64,000 nucleotides of DNA from Chrysomallon squamiferum. Its lineage: Eukaryota > Animalia > Mollusca. Below the pieces are notes generated by a model that was not told the DNA's origin, searched no databases, and worked only from the letters and a program-made list of their open reading frames with translations. Below, piece after piece: positions 37,953 to 51,835 of the stretch. Where the stretch lies: assembly GCA_012295275.1 (NCBI GenBank), contig CM022667.1, positions 22,134,001 to 22,198,000 on the forward strand. The letters run 5' to 3'. The position numbers were made by a program, and so were the translations under genes. How positions within the stretch are numbered: the first letter of the stretch is position 1; every line of letters starts with the position of its first letter.

Positions 37953-40900
37953 ATGTCTGTGAAAAGTTACAGCACAATCAGTCAGAAAAGTTCTCAGTCA
38001 GAAACCAGTGCTAACTCCAGCAGCACCCATTCCTTCACCCCTGACAACAAAAATGTTGGGTATGGCAGCAAGTTCCATGGCAGCTCCGCCTGGTGGAGTG
38101 TGGGTGAATATCTGAACCCAGGTCTGACACACCAGAGTGTAGGGTTAACCCTTACCAACTGCAACAATGATGATGACGTCTGGGATTTGTCAGATTCTTT
38201 AGCAGATCTCTATGCAGAAGTAAATAATCGAGAACTGAAAGCTGCTGGTAAAATTCCAGGAAAAAACAATCTGGACTTAAACCATAAGGTAATGTTATTA
38301 ATACAAAATTAAAATTAATAAATCTAACTTCTTTGCCTATTAATAAAATTAGAATAACATTTATCTGTCATCTATTCCAATTAAAAATTAGAAAATATAA
38401 AATTTAGCAATATCCAGACTGAACAATTTTTTTTTATAATAATACTTAAAATAATAGATTACTTCAATATACCAGAAGACAAAATTAAATTTAACGTTAT
38501 TTCTATTGCAAATGTAGTGCAAGCTAAGTGTATCATTTTAATTCTGAAAGAAAGATTATAATTTCATGTAAAAAAAAAGTCTATTATATATTGCCATATT
38601 TATTTATAAATGAGTATCATGAAATATTTTATATGGGCTCACTTCATTTGTAAATTTTTAATCTTTACTCTGTTTTATTTATGTTAAGCAGGAAGAGTTT
38701 CCTTTAGAAATTGATCATTAGACAAAGTGTATGCTGAGATCTCTGGCCTCACATTTGTAGTGTGTACATATATCCTAACAAAGCAGAGAAGAGCAATCCA
38801 AATAATTTGTGTAAACATCAGAACTGATAATTTAAATATAATCTCTAAATATTATTAAATAAACAGTGGAAATAATTAAAACAAATTCTCCTTCATTACA
38901 AAACATTAAATCTTTAAAATAACTCTTTTGGTGAGAATTACATTGGCTTGTTTTGATACTTGGTGAGAACTGCATTGGCTTGTTAATGACAGATTCAAAA
39001 TTCTTTTAACTGCTAAACAACTTTCTTAAGTATAATTTAGACACCCATACTTCCTGAATAAATAAATATTTGACATAAAATCAAATATTTAATATTCAGT
39101 ATATTTTAATTTTAATGCCTATTAGATATCCATATATATGTATATATCCACAAAGCTAAACAGTCACACACAGATAAAGGAAAAAGTGTCTCTATCAAAG
39201 AATTTACATGAAACTTGTTATTCTGATATAGATTACAATAGTTTGCAATTTTTTTTCATTTTAGAACTAGTACTTTGCTATGTCACCCAATAGACATGAA
39301 ATTAAACCAAGAATTTATTATGTTTTCCTTAACCAGTCATTTGCTACTTATGACTTTGTGTGGTGCAAAGGCAAAACTTGAAAATTCAAATTATTTTGAT
39401 TCTTTAAGGTTATTTTGTAAAGACTCTGTATAATTTTATATTTAATACCAGTAAAATATTATCTAAATTAATTTAAAACATTAAATATTATTTTCAAAAA
39501 AATGTTACATTCATGATAAATGTTGATTATAATTTATTTTAATTCAACAGGTTGATATAAAGAACTGGATTGCAAAAGACACCAGTCATGGTTTTATTCG
39601 TATTTTTAATTCTGACTGTGAGGAAAACACTAAACTCTTCCCCTGTACCCTGTTGACTACAGCACAAAAGATTTGCTCATCACTGGGAATTCCCAGCAAC
39701 TCTCTGCACATACAGCTGAATGGTGATATTATTCACAGACTGGAACCCTTTGACTGCCCTCTTGCCATCCAGAATGAGTTTCTGACAGAAATAGGATATA
39801 CAGACATTGTCCGAGTTCAAGAGGAAGGCTCAAAAATAGATCTGTGCTTTCTTATTCGATTTTATGCAGGTAGGAAAGCAACATTGACTATATGAGACTT
39901 ACAGAGATAGTGCCTCTATCAGGCATGTTTGAATACTTCACTAGTCAATGCACCAAAATGCTAACAAATTCATATTCCCATTGGCAAGCTTTCTAATTGA
40001 TGCTGATTCTTTTGTTGATTAGATTCATGATTCCCAGTCAGGTTTACACTGACAGATAAACATTTATCAAATTTGTATTTATTTATAAAATTCCTCAGTA
40101 TATGAAAATTTATTTCAAGGTTTCTTGGTAGAGTAATAAACCTGAGAATCGCTAGATTATCATGTCTGAGGCTGTTCTATAATCATTCTTTATATTGAAA
40201 CTGAGTTGAATAATTCAAAAAAAAAAAAAGGTTTGTGTAAAATGCTCTATTCAGAATCATAAACAGGTGCCGAACAGGTTGTTCTCTACATTTTTTTTCA
40301 CTTCATTTGTAAATTTTTAATCTTTACTCTGTTTTATTTATGTTAAACAGGAAGAGTTTCCTTTAGAAATTGATCATTAGACAAAGTGTATGCTGAGATC
40401 TCTGGCCTCACATTTGTAGTGTGTACATATATCCTAACAAAGCAGAGAAGAGCAATCCAAATAATTTGTGTAAACATCAGAACTGATAATTTAAATATAA
40501 TCTCTAAATATTATTAAATAAACAGTGGAAATAATTAAAACAAATTCTCCTTCATTACAAAACATTAAATCTTTAAAATAACTCTTTTGGTGACAATTAC
40601 ATTGGCTTGTTTTGATATTTGGTGAGAACTGCATTGGCTTGTTAATGACAGATTCAAAATTCTTTTAACTGCTAAACAACTTTCTTAAGTATAATTTAGA
40701 CACCCATACTTCCTGAATAAATAAATATTTGACATAAAATCAAATATTTAATATTCAGTATAGTTTAATTTTAATGCCTATTAGATATCCATATATATGT
40801 ATATATCCACAAAGCTAAACAGTCACACACAGATAAAGGAAAAAGTGTCTCTATCAAAGAATTTACATGAAACTTGTTATTCTGATATAGATTACAATAG

Positions 40901-43900
40901 TTTGCAATTTTTTTTCATTTTAGAACTAGTACTTTGCTATGTCACCCAATAGACATGAAATTAAACCAAGAATTTATTATGTTTTCCTTAACCAGTCATT
41001 TGCTACTTATGACTTTTGTGGTGCAAAGGCAAAACTTGAAAATTCAAATTATTTTGATTCTTTAAGGTTATTTTGTAAAGACTCTGTATAAAATATTCTA
41101 CAAAAATAGCAAAAGTTCTTTATGTCCAAATAAAATTAATTCTTTCAAGTTATGACTAAATTTAAGAACTTCAGAAGTTAGGTAGTCATTTGTTATTTAC
41201 TATCAAAATAAAGGTTTCAAAATGAACAAAGTTAACAAAAATATTAATATTATTTATTTAAAAAAGTAAGAATAGTTATGCATAAAAGTATTTTCTAATT
41301 TGTGAATGTCATTTGAAGGAAGGAATGAAGAGATGAACCAGTAATAAGTGTTTCAGAAACCAGGATTTAAAAAAAAAAAAAAGTAATTTTGGAAAATGTT
41401 ACACCATTTCAAATCAGTTTCTAAACCCATCACATACTGAACCCAACAAAGAAAGAGAAAACATGATTGAAATATGCTTTGAATTTTGCATGATTTGGTC
41501 TAAATACCTTTTTTTAACAAAAATGATTAATTGCTACTGACAGAGATTAAAGTATAATCAGTATTACTGTGTTAGAAGAACATTTTTAAAACTGAAAAAT
41601 GATTACCTTCATTTGGAGAAACCTAAAATTAATACTTTATAAATTTGTTAATAACAAATTGTCAATAACATTCGTTAACAGAAAACATGTACTACTATTA
41701 TTATTATTATTAGTTACACAAATGTCCCAACTGTACAAATATATTATTATTATCACATTTATCATCATCATCATCATCAATACTGTTCTTGTTTTTCTAC
41801 TACTTTTATTTGTTAAATAACGCTGAAATATTTGAATGAATAGAAGGAAACCATTAGTTGATAACAGTGATACAGACAATCTGACCTAGTTCTCACATAG
41901 AGGGTATTTACAGCTGCTTCTTTTGGAAAAACATGATTCACCTGTATAGGTTTCACTCAGTTGAATTCATTTCTTTTTATGAAGCTATAAAACTGACAAT
42001 GAAATTTAAAAAAATCTATTTGATGAAAGCATTTTAAGAAAAGATTTCTAAATTAAGATTTGTTTGTGTTCAAGCATGATGGATGATAGTAAGATCAAAT
42101 GTCCTTACTGCACATAATGAAATACTTTTTGTCCCATATATGTGATAACTAACAGCAGATAATCCAGAAAATAAAATAAATACAACTACTACTGCTACGA
42201 CTATCACTGCTGCTGCTATGACTACTACTTCAGTTATTATTATTATCACTACTACCAATTATATTAATTATAAATTGCCATTATGTATATTAAATAGGTG
42301 TGTCCTTAAGGCATTTTAACAAAAATAAGTGATAATAAATATTATCAAAGTCTTTTGGAAATTCAGGCATTGTTTGAATTACAATAGTATTTATATTCTA
42401 ATTATCTTTTAATGCAAAATAAAACCTAAACACATTCTGTTTTAATCTTAATCCTATTGACAACTCTACACAGAACAGTTTCTTTCTTTTCCTTGTCTCT
42501 TACAAAGGTAGTTACTTTATTATCGTTTGTAGAAGTACAAGTGGGAGCCAAATGTTGTTTGTGTGTGTGTGTGTGTATATATATATGTATATAATAACAC
42601 ATATCAGTCATTTAATTGTAATTTGATATATTTGAATAACAAATATGTCCTGTACAGACCATAGTGGTTGTGTGTCTAAACATATGTTTGTATAGGGTTT
42701 ATTTTTTATTTATTTTTTGTCAACTGGGTCATTAGATTTTGTTTCCATTTTAAAACGATGGAAATTAACCTGTCCATATTTACATATAGTTATGTTAACA
42801 GTTGAGGCTACAGGGGGTATACTGTTGCTATGTGATAAACTAAATTATTACATATCATGACTGAATGTGGATGTCTACAATTTAAATTCACTTTAGTGAC
42901 AGAAGATATTTTGTTACTTCCTGTAATAAATATGAATTTCACTGGTTTAAAACTTGATGGAAGTTAATTTTAATTCTTAAATAATAATATAAACTGTCTA
43001 AAGACAAAAATGTAACATGTGTGTTTGTATAAATATTAATTTATATAAGTTAAATAAGCAATAGCAAACACAGAACCTGTGGTGCACTCTGTCTTGGTTT
43101 TGGTTTTATCAACTGAATATATTTGTTTTTATCTTTTAATTACTGTATCTGTGAGATCTGTATTTAGAATATATACAACTCAGAACTACTGATGGAACTA
43201 TTTCTGTATACATTTCATTGTTTTATTGTTTGAAATGGCTGGAATCACTTTCACAAATTTAATTAATATTAAACTTTATTTCTAGTTAATAAAATCTGTT
43301 AAACATATTATATGTTTCAGGGAAACCTGTTTCAGACAGTACCTACTCCCGCAGTCAACTCACTTGTTATGCTTACATTAGAAAGGGAAAGCTTCTACAC
43401 CAATGGGTACGACGGTACTGTGTTATATCTGGTACCCGCCTGCTTATCTACAGAGGCAAGGATAAAAATATCTCTTATTACCTTTATTCTTCTGTGTCAT
43501 AAATTATTTTGATATACAGACATTTTTTAACTTTTGGGGTTTCACAACCCTTTCTCGAGCTCTAATTCAGTCAGTAGCACCTTTCATATGTGCAAGGGTC
43601 CCCAGGAAGCTATATGGACTCTGGTGATGTAAAACATTTGCACATTTTTCAAAAGTTTTTATATAATAATAAAAGAAAAAGACACATTTAAATAATTCCC
43701 ACTTTGTTTAGTGACTTTTATTATTATTATTTTTTTTTTACACTTCTACAACTTTTACTCTGAACAGATAAAAATTCAAAGCCCACAATTGTTCAGCTTG
43801 CCAAAGGTTCTGTGGAAGAAGTCCTGGTCAAAGGTCAAGGCAATGTTCTGAAGCTGACATCAACCCTGCAAGGTGAAAGGTCAATTTATCTATCCTTTGT

Positions 43901-43942
43901 TGATGTCTCAGATTACAACAAATGGCTCAAGAAAGCAAAGAA

Positions 43943-43988
<46 letters not shown>

Positions 43989-44377
43989 CAGTAACATTAA
44001 TAACAATAATAATCTTGATTTTCAATGAACAAATGTTTCAAACCAAATATAAATAAAAATGATTATTATATGAAACATTTTACTATATTTGAAAACAGGC
44101 CACATCAAAGCTTCCCACCAAGGCTGACCTGTCTAACTGCCATCTTGAATTTTTGCCTGAGACTGTTTTCATCAATGATGATCTACAGATTCTCATTCTG
44201 AGACACAATGCTCTCAAAGAACGTCCAATTGAAGAAGACATTTACACAATAGGATGGCTGGATGATTTGCCAAGGTGACTGTTACTTTCTAAAAGTTGGA
44301 CATGGTACTTTTTCAACACGTTACAAAATGTTATAATTATCACATATATAAACAAAATGCTAGTATACTTATAAATA

Positions 44378-44414
<37 letters not shown>

Positions 44415-44726
44415 CTGAATAAAATACACATACACATACATATAAGACACACAAACACAGGTGTATTGATGACATTTAATGATTTTGTTTTATTAGGTTC
44501 TCCAACCTGACCAGTTTGAACCTAGCAGACAATAGCTTGTACATTTTCCCTCAATCAGTCTGTCGAATTCGAACCTTGGTGGAGCTGAACATGGCCAGCA
44601 ATAAACTGGAGGAAGTTCCAGTTCAGATTGCAGATCTTGTCAAGTCAGTTTTTATCTTTTTACTAATGATCCAGTAGATACCACATACATTATATAAATA
44701 CACACATATTTCCTGCAACAAACAGA

Positions 44727-44776
<50 letters not shown>

Positions 44777-47700
44777 TGTGTGTAATTCCTAAAAATGTGT
44801 ATAAATATGTGTAATGTAGGTAAGTTTTAAGTAATTAACAAGCCTTCTCAAACAAGATGAAGAAGTATTTTCTTTTGTTTTAATAACAAATTAAAAAATA
44901 AATAGCTTTGATAACTAACCTCTTTCATATAAAATTAATAAAGAAGGTATCTCAGGATTTGTAACAGTTAATCCTTAGGTGTGTTTGAAGTAGAAGACTA
45001 AGATGTATTCTCTTTATTTTTTATTTTTTTTTAACTAATACTGCTCTTTGATAACTGTTGGATTACTCTTCATGGCCAAGAGAATGCTTGTAGGAAAAAT
45101 GTATCATTTTCACCATCAGATTTCAGGAAATAGTTATAAATCCAGGAATTTTCACAAGAGATCAGACATTACACATTAATAAATGTTCACACAAACACCC
45201 CCCCCACACACACACACACACAGTTCATTATAAGAAGAAATTATAAAACAAAACTTTAAAAAAAGAAGAAATAGGTAAGTATGAAGAATTTATAATGTTA
45301 CTGTTAATTATACATTCATTCATTATACAGTCTGCAGGCTTTGCATCTGCACAACAACCGCCTGTCATCATTACCAGAGGAAATAGGATTGATGAAAAGA
45401 CTGTTAGTTGTGGTTCTAGCTTTCAACAGATTCACTGCAGTCCCTAATGCCATGCTATCTCACAATGCATCTTTCAAAATAGACAGTGTCATTATGGCTG
45501 GCAATCATATTGAAAGACTTCCAACTGACAATCTCAGACAGATGAAACACATAAAAAAAATTGACCTCCGTATGAACAAACTGGAACTGTTGCCAACAGA
45601 AACTGCTAAATTTCAGTCTTTGGATCACGTGACTCATCTTGATATCCGTGACAACTGTGTGGTTGACTTGGACATCCGTGCAATTCATTGTCTGGAGTAT
45701 TTGAACTGTGAAAGAAGTGGACTGCGAAGTGTGCAGATAAATGGAAGCTCTTTGAAAAATGTTTTTGCTTCTCATAACAGTGAGTACAACTGTGTAATTT
45801 ACCTTTGCTTCAATTTTACATTATTGTTAAATTTATCAGTATGTAACACTCACTCTTTGACTGGTGGAAAAGATAGTCTGTAATTTAATTTATAGCCAGA
45901 AATAAATTAAAATGATATTTAATTTTGGTAACTTTATACATCTTCACAATGATGATGGTAAAACAATCCATTTGAAGAAACTGTTGGGTTTCCCAATTAA
46001 AATAGAGATATTTATGGATTCTGACATGTTGAAAGACAATTTGAGTTTCTAATTTTTATTCTAAATAAAACAAAGGAGTCTGAAAGGAAAGATAACTCTT
46101 ATTTGCAGATATCCAGTCTTTGTCTGTTAGCCCCAAGCCAGAATGGCTTATCAACATGGATGTGTCGCAGTGCGTATATCTATTACTATACAGTACTTCT
46201 ATGTAAATTTAAATAACAGCAAATAAAAATAAGTTAACTTTATTATAATTCAGTATATTGAAACAGATTTTTACTGTGTTAGGTAAACTCGTTTTGTTTG
46301 TCAGAATATCAAAATATATTATCTGCTTTAATCTAATTCATAATGTTTCAATCAATGTTTAAATAACACTCTTTTAAATTTAGTATTATACACTATAAAT
46401 ATTATTATTATTATTACTTCTACTACTACTACTACTACAATTATTATTATTTATTTATTTATTTAATTTATATTTCAGCAATAAACTAACTCAAATACCC
46501 AACTGGCTGGGTGACTGTTTCTTTTTGGTTAGACTGGATGTTAGTCACAATTGTTTAGAATCACTTCCAGAAAGGTTTGTAACCAAACAATGAGTCTAAT
46601 ATGAATTTAATAAATAATAACAATAATAATAATATTGATAAGAATGATAATGACAGAATAATTATAATTTGGTCTTACTAGTATGTTTCTGCAAATGTTT
46701 AATACATATATCAGTACAGTATGGTGTTTTTTTTTATATAGAATTATGACAGATGCTCAGAAACTGAAGGTATTGCATGCTAATCACAATCAACTCCAAG
46801 AGCTGCCAAGTGAAATTCACCACTGCATTGTTGAAGAGTTACATCTGGAACACAATCATATCTCTTCACTCCCACCTGAGTTTTTCATCAAGGCCACAAA
46901 GTAATTTAACAACAAAGTATTCTATGCTATTTTGAAATTAATGTATATTCATAAGGAATTACATATTGATCATTAAATGATTTTAATATCTTTTCTGATA
47001 ATTACATACAACAATAAAATAACATGCTTGTTGGAATGTATTTTTCACTTTTATTACTGTAAAATATTTTCATCACAAAAAATATAAAATAAAAAATAAA
47101 CTGCCAGTCTGATAGGTGACTTCACAATAATTTGCTGTTTTTGTTTTGTTTTAGTTATGTTAAAATCTGCATGCATTATATTGCAAACATATCAGTTATA
47201 AATATAACTGCTTAAAAATAGAAATAAGACAATATTTCGTAAGTCCAGCTAAAGATGTGTGTGGGTGTAATTTGTTTCTGTATATCATCAATGGTTTCTT
47301 TTTTCATGTATACATGTTATATTATTTGTTTTTTTATTAATGAATTAGATAATAATTAACATTTTTTTCTATTTAGACTGAGATATCTAAATTTGACTTG
47401 TAACAAAATCACAGACCTGCCTGCTCCCAATCAAAATGATTCTTTCAACAAGATACAAGAATTGTACCTCATGTCAAACAAACTGAACAACAAAGCTGTC
47501 CGCAAAATATGCTGTTTTCCTCGACTCCGAGTGCTACATCTAGCAAATAACAACATATCAGAACTTGTCGAAGAGTAAATAATATTAATTTTTTTGGACC
47601 AGATAAATATAGTAGCTGGCTGCCTACTTAATCTAAATGTAACAGAATTTCAGTCAAAAATAATCTCATATCAAAAGGATGTCTAAGCATACTGAATTAT

Positions 47701-48083
47701 TTTAACTGACTGAAAATAAAAATAACTTGAAAATCCAAAAGTAAAATTAGTTTTGAAAGTGATTCAGAAATTAAGGAACCGATTATGTAATTTTTTATTA
47801 TAGACAACTGACTGTTTACATTTTTGTTTATAGAGATTTTGAAAAACTTCAGCAGCTTCAGGAACTGAATGTTTCTTTCAATCATCTTCGAAGTCTACCT
47901 GCATGTCTTGGCCGACATCCTAAACTTCAGTCACTTAGGGTCAATTCCAATCTCCTACAAGAATTACCAGACTTTAAGAACTGTTCATGTTTGAAGGTGT
48001 ATTTGCAACTTTTCTTTTAAAACATAATTTGAAATAGAAAAATGTACTCCAAAATTTCCTGCCTTTAAAGATGTTGTTTTTGC

Positions 48084-48128
<45 letters not shown>

Positions 48129-51100
48129 CCTTGATGGATAATATGTTATAGAAATTATTTAAAAATCAGAATTTTAACTATTGATTAATTATTAATATTA
48201 TTATTATGGTTTATGTATAGGTTCTGGAAGTGGGTACAAATCATCTAGAAAACATTAGTATGAGAAATTTGATAACCTCAAAAGTCAACCTCCTTGACAT
48301 TTCTGGAAACCCAAACATACTTGTCAATACAAAGGAACTTGAAGGAGTCAAGTAAAGAAGAAAATTTTACTATTTTTTTTATGTGTGCATATAATTATGT
48401 GCATGCATGTCTGATATGTGTCTAAGCTTGTTTTCTATAAAGCAAATGTAGCCATTCAATGTAGTTTTCAAAAGTGAATTATAAAGGTAGATATAATGAT
48501 TTCTCCTCACTCTGAATCAAGGCTGTAGCTTGTGTTTATTTGACTATAGCAAAATAGAAATGTAAAAGTTCAATACTTTAATCTTTCTCTATTAGTTTTA
48601 ATTAAGTGGATAGCACAAACCATAATCCAAGTCCAGTGAAGGTTTAACAATAAACATAAAAATATTTAAAACAAACACAAATTTTATTTTTTACTGTTAA
48701 ATCCAGAAATGCTAAAATTGTTTGTATTTTTAGAAAAAATATTTTAAAAATGAACAATTTTTTATTTTATATGTTCTTTTAATAAATTTCTTTTTATAAT
48801 TGTTATAATTATGTAATAAATAATTTATTTAATACTATGCTATAGTAGTTTAATTAAACTTCTTTTATACAGACATTCAAAACGTGTTTGCATGATAGAC
48901 ATGCGAGGCCAGAATCGTTCAATAGAAAATCTGAATGTCACTAAAAATGATGAAATGAGATGGCAAAGTGGATTTTCTCACACATCAGGCATCAGGAATA
49001 AGTAGGTTTTAATTTAGATATGTGCACTTGTAATTTCTTTATTTAGTTTTGATAAAGATTATGTCAGATTTGTATTAGTCATCAGTCAAAAAGTACTGCA
49101 TACATTATAATCAGTCAGAAAGGAATGCATATAGCATAATCAGTCAAAATTGGTTTGTTGTGTAAACTAGCCTGTTTCTAAAGCCATATCAACTTACCAC
49201 TGAAGGATCTGTAGTATGAATCATTCTAGTTTCCAACCAAAGCCTAATGGACTTTAGTGTATGCACCTCAAATTCCTGAAACTTCCTGCTTGCACTTCTG
49301 GGAATACAGTTTCGACAAATTCCTTTATCTATTTATCTTTGTGTCAGTCTGTTTATCTATCTATCTATGTACTTTTATTTTATCTATCTTTATTTATTTT
49401 ACCATCTATCTATAAAAAAAGAGAGAAGAAATAGGAAATGCAGAGAAATAACAAAATATATTTTACTTTCAGGCTGTCAGTTGCCATGTTGAATAAAACA
49501 AATTTTGGTGATGCGGGGGATGCATTATTTGGAGTTTTTGATGGGGGTCGTAATGATGAGATTGCAAAAATTCTAGCAGATGGGCTGCCATCTACCTTGA
49601 ATGAAGAACAATCACGCAATCCCTCATCAGAAATCTTCATGAAGTATACAATGCTATCTGCTCACAGGTAAGAAAATAAATAATTTAACAGCAAATCTAA
49701 GACTTATTAGTTTAATTAAGTGAGATTTGTCTATGTATAAATAAAACTTACAATTATTTTTAGAAATCTGAAGTCAGTGGGACAGAGACTTGGAGCAGCA
49801 GCTGCTGTAGTACTTATTACAAAAACTGAGAATGAGAGCGGTCCACTCCTGACAGTTGCCAATGTTGGAGATGCAGAAGTAGTTCTTGCCAGACATGGTG
49901 AGGCCATATGTCTCTCTCGTCTCTTTCTAGTGTCCAAGAACACTGAAGAATGTCAGAGAATCATCAAGGCTGATGGCATTATCACAGAGGTAATAAGGAT
50001 TGACATCACCTTCATATTTAATCAGTTACAATATCGTTGTGGTTGAAATAATAAATGATTGTTTTTATACTATCAAGAATTAATCCATCTGATTATAATT
50101 AAAAAAGACTGAAGCAGTGTGTGAAAATATAATTAGTTTAGTCAGCAGGCATATCTATTTGTCATCATATTTGTTGATTAATAATGATTAATAACACAGT
50201 CTGTTTTGTTGTCAGAATTACTTTTGTTTTAAATTAATTTGAGTAATAGATTTATCAGCTTATAGCATTATATTTCTTTTTTAAATAATTAATTGTATTT
50301 TATTTTATTTATTTTGTACATAGGACGGTAGAGTAAGTGGAGTGACATTCAACACACGACTACTGGGATGTGGTTATCTTTATCCTCAAGTTATTCCAAA
50401 TCCCCATGTTCTTTCTATGGCACTGACTACTGATGATCAGCTGATTATTATAGCCAATCAAGGACTGTGGAGATATGTTTCCTATCAGGAGGCTGTGAAA
50501 GAAATTGTAGATATTCCTGATCCTGTGATTGCAGCCAAACGTCTTCAGGATCTGGCTCAGGGCTGTGGTTCAAGAGAAAATATAGGAATACTTGTAGTGA
50601 GGCTCTTGCTTTCAGAAGGAGAAAGGCGACGCATGCAGCAAATCTTGAGATCACGGTCTGAAGGTCAGAAACAGCTTCTGGAGATTTTGAAGCAGAATAC
50701 AAACTTGACACAGCTGCATGATGTGATTCCAGCAGTGTCAGAGTTTGGGGGAATTGTCATAGACAAAGCAGGCAGAGTGAGAAAACAGTCCAAGGAATCA
50801 ATTCGTCCCAGTTTACGTGTGAAACCAACACCAAACCCTAACAACAAATACAGAAAGAAAGATGAACCTCTTGACTGGGAACTCATCTTGCAGAGACGAT
50901 TAGCTGAAGAAGTGAAGGACAAACAGATGAAACAAGCATTCCATGGAACTGAGGAAGATGGCATTATTGAAGAACCTGCCAACAATTGGTCCACCTTGGA
51001 CAGAAGGATTCAAGGAACTCAATCTCAAGGAAGTGCAATGAATAGACAAGCAATGGTGGCCCCTACAATGAGGGCTCCAGATGCTCCTCCTTCATTTCCA

Positions 51101-51835
51101 AATGTTATAATCCACAGGTCTGATTCTTCCGATACAATAGAATCATTTGATGAATTTACTCGCCAACCTGTCATCACACAGAACATTGACCGTGATGCAG
51201 TGCTCTTCCATCAGATGCAGATGGCAAGAGCTAACAGTTTAAGCAGCAGTAGTTTGGATTCCACTCAGTCTGATCCTCTCTATGCATCTGTCAGAGAAGT
51301 CTACAATGGACCTTGTGCTCCATCTCGCAGCATTGAAGTTTTAGTTCATTCTCCAGAGAGTGAGGAAGAAATTCTTCTGCCATCTCACATTCATAGAAGG
51401 CCAGAGAGGGTAGTAGGAACAAAGCTACAAGAAAAACAGAAAATCAATGAATTGGATGAGAGTGAAATTGAAGCAATTCAGATGGACCTAATGGAAAATT
51501 TTCACATCAGCATTGAGGATTTATATGCAAGAGTCATGAATAAGAAACAAAATGAAATAGAAAAAGATGCAAGTAAGGTGAACCTGGTAAAGTTCAATGA
51601 GTCAGATGTTGCTAACTGTGGTGAAGTGATGTATTCCACAGCAGAAATAAGTAATACTGGCTTTTCAACCACTGATGTACTCAGTGGGTCAGACACAGCT
51701 GTCTATGAAACAAGTGTCACTGAAAATAATGATTCAAAAGTTGAATTCAAATTTGAAAGCTGTTCCCCAACCCCACTCCCAGTTATCATTAACCGAACAG
51801 CAAGTCAGCAAAGTATTATTATCACATACTTGTGA
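37953..51835 (+). CDS. PHLPP: PH domain leucine-rich repeat protein phosphatase-like (RA-like, PH, LRR, PP2C-like, PDZ ligand), ~1535 aa, 17 coding exons
   Basis: Phase-consistent exons: 37953-38288, 39551-39869, 43321-43455, 43768-43943, 44099-44274, 44497-44643, 45331-45779, 46109-46169, 46479-46574, 46742-46900, 47377-47574, 47834-47996, 48221-48351, 48873-49001, 49473-49667, 49764-49989, 50324-51835. PH motif IRKGKLLHQWVRRYCVISGTRLLIY; many LxxLxLxxNxL repeats; PP2C motifs RNKL, GVFDG, VANVG, TRLLG, NQGLW, AAKRLQDLAQG; C-terminus -ITYL. An in-frame TGA at 37941 fixes the start codon. Confidence 0.93.
38639..41091 (+). repeat. ~795-bp near-identical direct repeat (38639-39433 and 40298-41091) flanking PHLPP coding exon 2
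   Basis: Copies align end to end with about five small differences by eye (e.g. GTTAAGCAGG/GTTAAACAGG, GTGAGAATT/GTGACAATT). Confidence 0.95.

Noticed and set aside
50448-51696. Antisense ORFs over the last PHLPP exon (and similar ones over the 645-aa ORF and HRI exon 9)
   Set aside because: Shadow frames of real coding exons.
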